Shown: piece after piece, positions 12,141-22,205 of the stretch
How the letters are laid out: each line of letters starts with the position of its first letter
Numbering within the stretch: position 1 is the stretch's first letter
Notes under the pieces: generated by a model
The model's input: the letters and a program-made list of their open reading frames with translations, nothing else
The model's database searches: none
Told to the model about the DNA's origin: nothing
Assembly: GCA_030390025.1 (NCBI GenBank)
Contig: JASTWF010000035.1
Coordinates: 3,968,001-4,032,000 of the forward strand
DNA from: Squalus acanthias
Lineage: Eukaryota
Direction of reading: 5' to 3'
DNA length: 64,000 bases
Program-made: the position numbers and the translations under genes

Positions 12141-13284
12141 AATGTGGATAAATGCGAGGTTATCCACTTTGGTGGCAAAAACTGGAAGACAGATTATTAT
12201 CTGAACGGCAATACATTGGGAAAAGGGGAAGTGCAACGAGATCTGGGAGTCCTTGTGCACCAGTCGCTGAAGGTAAGCATGCAGGTGCAGCAGGCGGTTA
12301 AGAAGGCAAATGGTATGTTGGCCTTCATAGTGAGAGGATTCGAGTACAGGGGCAAGGATGTCTTGCTGCAGTTGTACAAGGCCTTGGTGAGACCACACCT
12401 TGAGTATTGTGTGCAGTTTTGGTCACCTTATCTGAGGAAGGATGTCTTGCCATGGAGGGAGTGCAGCGAAGATTTACCAGACTGATACCTGGGATGGCAG
12501 GAATGATGTATGAAGAGAGATTGGGTCGATTAGGCTTATATTCGCTAGAGTTTAGAAGAATGAGAGGGGATCTCATTGAAACTTATAAAATTCTAACAGA
12601 ACTAGACAGACTAGATGCAGGAAGGATGTTCCCGATGGCGGGGGAGTCCAGAACCAGAGGTCACAGTCTAAGGATAAGGGGTAAGCCATTTAGGACTGAG
12701 ATGAGGAGGAATTTCTTCACCCAGAGAGTGGTGAACCTGTGGAATTCTCTACCACAGAAGGCAGTTGAGGCCAATTCATTAAATATAATCAAGAAGGAAA
12801 TAGATATATTTCTTAAGGCTAAAGGTATCAAGGGATATGGGGAGAAGGCAGGGACAGGGTACTGAATTTGGATGATCAGCCATGATCTCATTAAATGGCA
12901 GAACAGGCTTGAGGGGCCAAATGGCCTACTCCTGCTCCTATCTTCTATGCTTCACCACTCTATACCTCTTGCATATATCTGCGATTTTCCTGCAGATTTG
13001 CTCCTCTACCTCCCTCTCACTATTTGGAGGCCTGTAGAATACTCCCAATATCGTGATCATACTCTTTTTGCTCCTCAACTCTAACTAAATGGATTCTGTC
13101 CTTGTCCCCTCAAGAACAACCTCCCTTTCCAACACTACAATGTCTTCCTTAATCAGCACTGCCACCCCACCTCCCTTTCTTCCTTACGATAGCAAAATAC
13201 TGCAGATGCTGGAAATTCGAAATAACAACAGAAAACGCTGGAAAAACTCAGCAGGCCAGGCAGCATCCGTGAAGAGAGAAACAG

Positions 13285-13321
13285 AGTTAACGTTTCAGGT
13301 CGAAGACCTTTCGTCAGAACT
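13285..13321 (-). ncRNA. Minimal type I hammerhead ribozyme (Penelope repeat)
   Basis: AGUU-CUGACGA-A-AGGUC(UUC)GACCU-GAA-ACGU-U-AACU. Confidence 0.8.
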
Positions 13322-13804
13322 GGAAAAAAGCAGGAAATGAAATAGATTTTAAAGCAGGTTGAGGGGCTGGGAAATGGGGGAGGGGATGAAAGAACAAAAG
13401 GGAAGGTCAGTGATAGGATAGAAAGCAGGAGAGATTAAGAGACATTGGGGTAGAAATTAGGTCGCGCCCCATTTGGGGCGCAAATATCATCCGGACGCAA
13501 ATATTAGCGCCTGGCGCTAATTATCGGCACTGACAGGAAACTTCACTTTTACCGCCCCGGGAGGTGAGTGGAGCGCTAAAGCAGGCGCTGCACACCTGTC
13601 TTAAGGCGCAAAGGCCAAGGAGTGAGGCGCTAACTCAGCGCGCGAGCGCAGCGCAGCTGCTGCCAGTTAGCGAGGGAACACAGACACACTGGCGCCGGAC
13701 ACTTCTTAAAGCGGGGGGGGCCACTTGCTCCCCAGCCACACCCTGCTCATTGCAGCCTTGAATCTCAGCCTGGAGAGACCTGTGAATCCATTTTGCTGCC
13801 AAGC

Positions 13805-15578
13805 ATGGAGAGGGTGAGAGAACGCGCTCATCGCTTCACCGAGCGGGCCTTGGATGCTCTGGTTGGCGCAGTGGAGCGCAGACGATGTATGCTGTTCCCT
13901 GAGAGTGGCAGGAGGCCTTTGCCACGCGACTACAGAAGAGTGTGGAGGGAGGTGGCTCAGAGCGTCTCCTCCAGGAGCATGGTGCCCAGGACCCATACTC
14001 AATGCCGCAAAAAGTTCAACGACCTCACTCGGGTCGTCAGGGTGAGTGGCTTTTTCTCAATACCTCTCCATCCCTCCATCTCAACCTCACTCTATGGCCA
14101 GAGGGTCTTAAAACCCCAATGCACAACACTCATCCAACACCTATGGCCCTTTCATCAAACACACACACACATTCCACACTTTGCATTCAGTAAGGGCTAT
14201 TCACCTATGGGAGGCACATCAGGCAAGACCATGGCTGTATATTTACTCAGATGCTGTCCTTTTTCTTGCAGGCTAAGCTGGCTCATAATAGGAGACAGCA
14301 GCAACGGACAGGTGGAGGGCGGCCTCAGCTGCAACCCCTCAGCGATCTGGAGGAGCGCGTCCACAGGATTGTGGCAAGCCGGGTGATCGGTCCCGTCGCC
14401 ACTGGAGACGCCGACCCCGTTCTGGACAGCAATGGTAAGGTCATCACCTTTTTGTCCTCTGTCCTTCCACTTGTCCCTCACAACACCAGCCTTTGACACT
14501 TTCAATCCAACTTGCTAACTCGCTGCACTTATTCCTCCCTTACTGCCACCCTGTCCTCACGCTAAAGCCACTCCTGTACCTCCCTGCTTTCAGATGGTGA
14601 TTCACCAGCTGAGAGAGACGGGCCCTGAAGCTGCCACTGGGAGTGATGCTGCAGCTGAGGAGGAAGAGGAAGCCAGAGCATCAGTGCCACCCTCTCCCGA
14701 GGAAGCCCATGCCCACACTGGGAACATGCCTTCCCCGGAGGGGAGCAGGGGGGAAGGGGCTGATGATGGTGAAGCTCCAGGACCCAGCGGGCTGCAGTAA
14801 CGCCATGGGGGGGGGGGGTAGGGAAGAACGGGGGCCTTCTCCCCAGAGGGAGAATATGCCAGACACTCCTACTGCAATGGACGCAGAGGAGGAGCGGCTG
14901 ATTGCAGAAATGAACACCCAGGCGGTGGGCATGCACACTGAGCTCATGGGTGCAGTGGGAAGGGTGCCCGAATGCATTGAGTCACTGGCAAGGAGTGTGG
15001 AGCACTTCGCTGTAGCACAGGCGGATGCCACACTAACGCTTAGTGCTGCAATTCAGTCACTGGCTGCCGTGATCCCACCTCTGACTGCTCTCATACAGAC
15101 TCAGATGGAGGCCACGCGAGCACAGACTGCTGCCAACCTCGATGGTTCGTGCACATGTCCCCGGGGCTGTCACCGCGCCGCAGCAGGCCAGCAATCTGTT
15201 CTCCGGCAGATTGCTCCGGATGCTGAAGTGCTGCCCCGTGGGAGTGCCAGTGTGTCGGGCGAGCAGGGAGTTGCTGTCCTCTCGCACGATGACAGCATTC
15301 CTGCTGCCAACACTGTCACTTCTCCACTGCACTTGCCACCGCCTGTAGGACAGACTGCTGCCGCCCATGCAGAGTTGGTGCAGTCTGCAGCCGGGCCCTC
15401 CAGGCCCAGAAGTGGTCGAGGCCGTCCTTCAGGGGCATCTGCAGTGTCAGGGTCTGACGAGCAGCAGCCTTCCACCAGCCTTGCTGCAGCCACTGAGGTC
15501 CCATTACGGAGGAGCAGTAGGGTTAGAAGGGGGGAAGTGCGCAAGGGAAGGAGATCACCCTCGAAGGGCAAAAAGTAG
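13805..15578 (+). pseudogene. Harbinger Myb/SANT-like (trihelix) DNA-binding gene; 3 exons (13805-14041, 14272-14434, 14594-15578), exon 3 disrupted
   Basis: RAHRFTERALDALV...WREVA...RTHTQCRKKFNDL|AKLAHNRR...TGGG; GT-AG sites; exon 3 needs two frame changes and contains a TAA at 14798-14800; basic C-terminus. Confidence 0.8.
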
Positions 15579-15872
15579 GAGGTGTGACAAAATGCTGGTC
15601 ATTTTTTTATTAAAGGCCGAGGTTCATGGTCCAACTTTTGTTTAGTGTTTTGGACATTATCTCCAGGTTGTGAGAACCAGTTATGTTATTGACTGTTTTT
15701 TTGTGTTTATTTCTATGAGTTTGTCATGAGGAATTGACACACACAGAGTTTGTAAAATAAATAAGTTTCTGTATTCAAAATATACATGGCTGGTGGTTGG
15801 AATTATTGGTGCCTTGGCCGGCTTAGGGGTTGCGTGCTGGGTTGATTAATGTTTGTAGCAATGGCAGGGGCC

Positions 15873-17033
15873 CTAGAAGCGGCTTGCTATTAGTCGTTGA
15901 CGGACGGCCCTTGCAGTTTGACCATTGTGGGCCGCCCTCCCGCCTTGGTGCTGCTGATGATCATCGTCCTCGTCCTCTTCCTCCTCTTCCTCCTCCTCCT
16001 CTGGTGGTGCTACAAGGCCTGGTGGCATTGGCTGGGTCCTGAGGATTGCCATGTTGTGCAACATGCAGCACACGACTACGAAGTTCGAAACTTGCTCAGG
16101 CGAGTACTGCAGGGCTCCTCCGGAATGGTCCAGACAGCGGAACCGTTGTTTCAGCACGCCGATTGTGCGCTCAATAATGTTCCTGGTTGCTTGATGGCTT
16201 TCATTGTACCGCAGCTCAGCAGGGGTGTTTGGCGTACGGAGCGGTGTCATCAGCCAGGTGCTCAATGCGTACCCCTTGTCCCCGAGAAGCCAACCAACTG
16301 GCTGATGCGGTGCCTCGAAAACTTCTGCCACAGTAGTCTGGCGCAGGATGAAAGCATCGTGGCAGCTGCCCGGATAGTGGGCATTGACAGCGAGTATCAC
16401 CTGTCTGTGGTCACAGACCAACTGGACATTCAAGGAATGGAACCCCTTTCTGTTCCTGAATTCCTCTGCATTCTCTCGCGGAGCACGCAAAGCCACATGC
16501 GTGCAGTCAATGGCGCCCTGCACCATGGGGAAGCCCGCTACCCTCGCAAAGCCCAGAGCACGGTCACGCTGCTTGTCTGGGGTCACAGGGAAAGAGATGA
16601 AGTCTCGTCTCCTTCTGAAGAGGGCATTGGTGACCTGCCGGATGCAGCGATGCACCGCGAACTGGGAGATATTGGCGAGGTCCCCAACAGCAGCTTGGAA
16701 TGAGCCAGTGGCGTAGAAGTTCAAAGCCACTGTGACCTTCACTGCCACCGACAGAGACGTCCTGGACCTCAGCTGAGGCTGCAGATCTGGCTGCAGCAGG
16801 TGGCAGAGCTCAGTGACCACCTCCTTGCTGAATCGCAGCCTTCGCAAACACAGCTCCTCGGACATATGGATGTAGGAGAGCTGTTCACGATATACCCTGG
16901 GAGGGTAAGCTCTCCTGTACATGCGCCTGATGGCCCTCCTCCGTCTGGCCATCATTGCCACTCTCTGTCTGCGTCTCTGTATCCTCCGATTCAGCTGGAG
17001 CAGGACGACGCCCCCAATCAGTGCAGCCCCCAT
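15873..17033 (-). CDS. Harbinger (HARBI1-like) DDE transposase, 386 aa from the first ATG
   Basis: Uninterrupted ORF with GAIDCTH, NRKGFHSLNVQLVCD, PGSCHDAFIL, LLGDKGY, IERTIGVLKQRF and CCMLHN, plus an acidic tail. Confidence 0.95.
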   Translation of the reverse strand: MGAALIGGVVLLQLNRRIQRRRQRVAMMARRRRAIRRMYRRAYPPRVYREQLSYIHMSEELCLRRLRFSKEVVTELCHLLQPDLQPQLRSRTSLSVAVKVTVALNFYATGSFQAAVGDLANISQFAVHRCIRQVTNALFRRRRDFISFPVTPDKQRDRALGFARVAGFPMVQGAIDCTHVALRAPRENAEEFRNRKGFHSLNVQLVCDHRQVILAVNAHYPGSCHDAFILRQTTVAEVFEAPHQPVGWLLGDKGYALSTWLMTPLRTPNTPAELRYNESHQATRNIIERTIGVLKQRFRCLDHSGGALQYSPEQVSNFVVVCCMLHNMAILRTQPMPPGLVAPPEEEEEEEEEDEDDDHQQHQGGRAAHNGQTARAVRQRLIASRF

Positions 17034-17227
17034 ATTCTCTTTGCCAGAAAAGTAATGAGGTACAGCAACTAAAGTAGCAACAAAGTTAGGATGAATAGGC
17101 AAAACTACCTCACAAAGCGTTGAGTCAATGTAGAAGTCTCTCTCTCTCTCTCTCCGAATCTCTCTCTCTCTCTCAGAACGAGTGGTGCATAAATGTCGAC
17201 CACAGAAAAAGACAGGAAGAGGTCCCC

Positions 17228-17372
17228 TTTAAATAGCGCCCCCCCCAGCCCCACACCGATTGATAGCGTTCCAGTCTTCCGGTCGTTGGAAGCGCCAGGC
17301 GGTAAGGCAGGGGGCGCCACTCAATTTCCGCTCCGGGGCGCCCCAAGGGCGTTGCACCATGGAATGACGTCA
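17228..17372 (-). promoter_or_regulatory. Putative transposase promoter (TATA-like GCTATTTAAA; CRE palindrome TGACGTCA at 17365-17372)
   Basis: Motifs lie upstream of the transposase ATG, followed by a (GA)n leader and a possible donor GAG|gtagtt near 17108. Confidence 0.4.
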
Positions 17373-17934
17373 TAAACTGCGCGCGCAGGTGGTCGCAGCG
17401 GTAAGTTTTAGCGCCGCCGCACAATCTCAAGTTAAGTTCTCGAGCGGCGCAAACATCGCTGCGCCCGGGCGTTAGCGGCTTAACGCCCCATTAGCGCCCT
17501 CTTAAGGCGCTAACGGGAGGCGCAACCAAGTGAATTTTTACCCCATTGAGAGACATTAAGAGATATTCAAGGCAAGAGGAGGTGGAAATGGGACAGGTTG
17601 AGGAACAAAGGATGGCTCTAGATGAAGTGTGAATTGCGCTGGCAGAATGAAGGGGAGAAAAAATAGAGTCGAGATAGGAAGAGCTAAGTTCCGTGGGGCA
17701 AGAACAGGCTGAAACGATGGGTCTACCAGGGCAGTCCTGTTTGTGGATCTTGGGAAGGAGGTAGAAGCGGGCTTTGCGGGGTTGGGGAACTACAAGGTTG
17801 GCGGCCGTGGGGGGAAGATCTCCAGAGGAGATGAGGTCAGTGACAGTCTTGGAAACGGTGGCTTGATGTTCGGTAGTGGGGTCATGGTCCAGGCGGAGGT
17901 AGGAGGAGGTGTCGGAGAGTTGGCGTTGTCCCAC

Positions 17935-18780
17935 CTCTACCTAGCGGAAGCTGAACGGCAAGTCTCCGACACCTCCTCCTACCTCCACCGCATCTGCTCT
18001 GACGATGCCACCTTCCATACCAGTGCTTCCGACATGTCTTCCTTTTTCCTCAACCGAGGATTCCCCTCTGCTGTGGTTGACACGGCCCTCGACCGTGTCC
18101 GTTCTATCTCCCGCACTTCTGCCCTCACCCCTGCCTCTCCCTCCTGGAACCACGATAGAGTTTCCCTTGCCCTCACCTTTCACCCCACCAGCCTCCACAT
18201 TCAACGGATCATCCTCCGCCATTTCCGCCACCTCCAGCGTGATCCCACCACCAAACGCATCTTCCCCTCACCTCCCCTTTCAGCATTCTGCAGGGACCGC
18301 TCCATCCGCGACACCCTAGTCCACTCCTCTACCACCCCCCGCACCCCTTCCCCTTCGCCCGGCACCTTCCCGTGCAAGCGCAGGAGATGCAACACATGCC
18401 CTTATACCTCCCCCCTTCACACTGTCCAGGGCCCCAAACACCCCTTCCAGGTGAAACAGCGATTTACTTGTACTTCCTGCAATTTAGTGTACTGTATTCG
18501 CTGCTCACGATGTGGTCTCCTCTACATTGGGGAGACCAAATGCAGATTGGGTGACCGCTTTGCGGAACACCTCCGTTCAGTCCGTAAGGGGGACCCCGAG
18601 CTCCCGGTGGCCTGTCACTTTAATTCACCGCTCCACTCCCACTCAGACCTCACCGTCCTTGGCCTCTTGCATTGTTCCACGGAAGCTCAGCGTAAGCTCG
18701 AGGAACAGCACCTCATCTTTCGATTAGGCACTTTACAGCCCTCTGGACTCAACATAGAGTTCAACAATTTCAGATCATAA
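17935..18780 (+). pseudogene. Penelope ORF C-terminal part with Cys motif and GIY-YIG endonuclease
   Basis: CKRRRCNTC, NLVYCIRCSRCGLLYIGET..RFAEH, EQHLIFRLGTLQPSGLN; fused to an RT N-terminal stub, so the RT core is missing. Confidence 0.88.
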
Positions 18781-19111
18781 CCCCGGCCCCTATCATATAT
18801 ATATATATTTTTATTTTATTTTATTTTTTTATCCACTCTTTTGTTTGGCCCTTTTTTTCTTCCCTCCCACACGGCAGCTGTCCTTCATTCTGCCAGCACA
18901 ATTCACACTTCATCTGGAGCCATCCTTTGTTCCTCAACCTGTCCCATTACCACCTCCTCTTGTCTTGAATATCTCTTAATGTCTCTCAATGTCTCTTAAT
19001 CTCTCCTGCTTTCTATCCTTTCACAGACCTTCCCTTTTGTTCTTTCATCCCCTCCCCCTTTTCCCAGCCCAAAACTTGCTTTAAAATCTATTTCATTTCC
19101 TGTTTTTTTCC

Positions 19112-19148
19112 AGTTCTGACGAAAGGTCTTCGACCTGAAACGTTAACT
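19112..19148 (+). ncRNA. Minimal type I hammerhead ribozyme (Penelope repeat)
   Basis: AGTT CTGACGA A AGGTC TTC GACCT GAAACGTT AACT. Confidence 0.8.
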
Positions 19149-19568
19149 CTGTTTCTCTCTCCACAGATGCTGCCTGACCTGCTGAGTTTTTTCAGCGTTT
19201 TCTGTTGTTATTTCCCTTTTTTTCTTCCCTATCTTTTCTGAACACCTTGTACCCTTGAATATTAAGTGCCCAGTCCTCACCGTTTTTAAGCCACGTTTCT
19301 GTTATTGCCACAACATCATATTGCCACACGGCTAATTGTGCTTGTAGCTCACCAACCTTAGTCACCACACTTTGTGCGTTTACATACATGCATTCTAAAC
19401 CCATTTTTGAATTTTTCGTAGTCTTTCTTGTTCTGCTCCTATCTAATGTGGTACTACCTCCGCCTCCAGCACTACCGTCCCCTCCAGTGCCATCCAACAC
19501 ACTCACTCTTCCATGCACCCCATTCCTCCCTTCCACCCCTACATGCTGGTGCCCATCCTCCTGCCAAG

Positions 19569-20459
19569 CTAGTTTAAACCCTCCCCAACAGCACTAGCAA
19601 ACGTCCCCATGAGAATATTGGTCCCGGCTCTGTTGAAGTGTAACCCGTCCAGCTTGTACAAGTCCCACCTTCCCCAGAAATGGTCCCAATGCCTCAGGAA
19701 TCTAAAGCCCTCCCTCCTGCACCATCTCTCCAGCCACACATTCATCTGTTCTATCCTCCTATTCCTGTGCTCACTAACACGTGGCACCGGGAGTAATCTG
19801 AGATTACTACCTTTGAGGTCCTGCAGGACCTCATCCCTCTTTCTGCCTATGTCGTTGGTACCGATATGCACAACGACCTCTGACTGTTCACCCTCCCCCC
19901 TCAGAGTGCCCTGCAGCCGCTCAGTGACATCCTTGACCCTGGCACCAAGGAGGCAACATACCATCCTGGAGTCACGTCTGCGGCCGCAGAAATGCCTGTC
20001 TGCTCCCCTAACCAATGAATCCCCTATCACTATTGCTCTTCCACTCTTCTTCCTCCCCCCCTGTGCAGCTGAGCCACCCGTGGTGCCGTGGCCTTGGCTC
20101 TGGCTGCTTTCCCCAGAGGAACCATCACCCCCACCAGTTTCCAGAACTGTGAACCGGTTAGCAAGTGAGATGCACTCTGGGGATTCCTGCCCTACCTGCC
20201 TGGTCCTCCTCCTCTGTCTGGTGGTCACCCATTCCCTCTCTGCCTGCACATTCTGAGGCTGCGGGGTGACCACTTCTAGAAACGTGCTTTCCAAGTATTT
20301 CTCAGCCTCGCGGATGCACTGTAGTGACTCCAGCTGCTGCTCAAGCTCCGAAACCCGAAGCTCGAGTTTCTGCAGTTGGTGACATTTCCTGCACACGTGG
20401 TCGTCCAGGACACAAGAAGCATCCAGGATATCCCACATGGCACAGGATATGCAAATCAT
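19569..20459 (-). CDS. CR1 ORF1 protein (Cys-rich N-terminus, coiled coil, SGNH esterase), short internal deletion
   Basis: CISC..CRKC, heptad LELRVSELEQQL, GDSLVR, HIGTND, DGLH. Confidence 0.85.
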   Translation of the reverse strand: MICISCAMWDILDASCVLDDHVCRKCHQLQKLELRVSELEQQLESLQCIREAEKYLESTFLEVVTPQPQNVQAEREWVTTRQRRRTRQVGQESPECISLANRFTVLETGGGDGSSGESSQSQGHGTTGGSAAQGGRKKSGRAIVIGDSLVRGADRHFCGRRRDSRMVCCLLGARVKDVTERLQGTLRGEGEQSEVVVHIGTNDIGRKRDEVLQDLKGSNLRLLPVPRVSEHRNRRIEQMNVWLERWCRREGFRFLRHWDHFWGRWDLYKLDGLHFNRAGTNILMGTFASAVGEGLN

Positions 20460-20589
20460 GGGACTGAGCTGCCCTGCCTCTATTTACCAGACTATGGAGG
20501 TAATTTAGCAGAAATAAACTTAAAACTTAACAAGAAACACTCAACAGCCACCCACCAATCAGCACTTCCCTCTATTAGATAGTCCATGA

Positions 20590-22205
20590 AGACAAATTTT
20601 CAGAACCTCTCTGGCCACAGGGGAGGTCGCACAACACCACACAGGGGAGGTACCAGAGGACTGGACAACAGCTAACGTAGTACCATTATTTAAGAAGGGT
20701 AGTAGGGATAAACCAGGGAATTATAGGCCAGTGAGCCTAACATCAGTGGTAGGGAAATTATTGGAAAAAATTCTGAGGGACAGAATTAGTCTCCACTTGG
20801 AGAGGCAAGGATTAATCAAGGATAGTCAGCATGGCTTTGTCAGGGGAAAATCATGTCTAACCAATTTGATTGAATTTTTCGAGGGGGTGACTAGGTGTGT
20901 GGATGAGGGTAGTGCAGTTGATGTAGTCTACATGGATTTCAGTAAGGCTTTTGACAAAGTCCCGCATGGGAGACTGGTCAGGAAGGTAACAGCCCATGGG
21001 ATCCTGGCCAATTTGGCACATTGGATCCAAAATTGGCTTAGTGGCAGGAGGCAGAGGGTGATGGTCGAAGGTTGTTTTTGTGACTGGAAGCCTGTGTCCA
21101 GTGGTGTACTGCAGGGATTGGTGCTGGGTCCTTTGCTGTTTGTAGTGTACATTAATGATTTAGATATGAATGGAGGAGGTATGATCAGTAAATTCGCAGA
21201 TGACATGAAAATTGGTGGGGTGGTAAATAGCGAGGAGGGAAGCCTCAGGCTAAAGGATGATATAGACGGTTTGGTCAGATGGGCAGAACAGTGGCAAATG
21301 GAATTTAACCCTGAAAAGTGTGAGGTGATGCATTTTGGGAGGACTAACAAGGCAAGGGAATACACAATGAATGATAGGATCCTAGGAAGGACAGAGGATC
21401 AGAGAGACCTTGGGGTGTATGTACATAGATCCTTGAAGGCAGCAGGACAGGTAGATAAGGTGGTTAAAAAGGCATATGGGATACTTGCCTTCATTAGCCG
21501 AGGCATAGAATATAAGAGCAGGGAGGTTATGATGGAGCTGTACAAAACGCTAGTTAGGCCACAGCTGGAATACTGTGTGCAGTTCTGGTAGCCACACTAT
21601 CGGAGGGATGTGATTGCATTGGAGAGTGTGCAGAGGAGATTCACCAGGATGTTACCTGGGCTGGAGCGCTTCAGCTATGAAGAGAGACTGGACAGGCTGC
21701 AGTTGTTTTCCTTAGAGCAGAGAAGGCTGAGGGGGGACCTGATTGAGATGTACAAAATTATGAGGGGCATAGATAGGGTAGATAGAAAGGAACTTTTCCC
21801 CTTATTAGAGGGGTCAATAACCAGGGGGCATAGTTTCAAGATAAGGGGCAGGAGGTTTAGAGGGGATTTGTGGAAAAACATTTTCACCCAGAGGGTGGTT
21901 GGAATCTGGAACTCACTGCCTGAACGGGATTGAAGGCCGATAAATCCCCAGGGCCTGATAATCTACATCCTAGGGTACTTAAGGAAGTGGCCCTAGAAAT
22001 AGTAGATGCATTGCTGATCATCTTCCAACATTCGATGGAATCTGGAACTGTACCCATGGATTGGAGGGTAGCTAATGTTACCCCACTATTCAAAAAGGGT
22101 GGTAGAGAGAAAGCGGGGAATTACAGACCGGTAAGCCTGACATCGGTAGTGGGGAAAATGCTAGAGTCCATTATAAAGGATGTAATAGCTGAGCACTTGG
22201 AAAAC
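20590..22205 (+). mobile_element. Two abutting CR1 RT fragments from different subfamilies (about 20590-21923 and 21924-22205)
   Basis: ORFs 20731-21591 (FADD), 21610-21933 and 21930-22226. Confidence 0.9.

Larger units (their letters stand above)
9181..12950 (+). mobile_element. 5'-truncated CR1 (ORF2 from SDHN to GTGY*) interrupted by two MITEs
   Basis: ORFs 9196-10044, 10099-10533 and 12144-12865 with RT motifs; 3' UTR ends CTTCTATG. Confidence 0.92.
13447..17544. mobile_element. PIF/Harbinger DNA transposon, 4098 bp, two convergent genes
   Basis: TIRs GGGGTAGAAATT / AATTTTTACCCC (11 of 12 match); TSD ATT; the empty site is visible in the sister Penelope arm at about 18970-19010. Confidence 0.95.
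13186..19213. mobile_element. Penelope-like element with inverted (tail-out) terminal repeats, RT core deleted, left arm interrupted by a Harbinger
   Basis: 13186-13446 plus 17545-17650 is the reverse complement of the region around 18883-19213; RT N-terminal fragment FYLLPKIHK..GRPIVS on minus (17651-17930); GIY-YIG ORF on plus. Confidence 0.88.
7214..20580 (-). mobile_element. Near full-length CR1 split into three pieces (7214-9180, 12951-13185, 19214-20580) by nested insertions
   Basis: Reading frame is collinear across the inserts: VFRKDRE..|..GGGVAVLIKE...YRPPNS...RYRVV|GDFNYPNIDWD; ORF1 at 19569-20459; (ATGACTCT) tail at about 7214-7230. Confidence 0.8.

Noticed and set aside
15873..17102. 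Domesticated host gene HARBI1
   Set aside because: The ORF lies within TIRs and a TSD with a Myb partner, inserted in another transposon.
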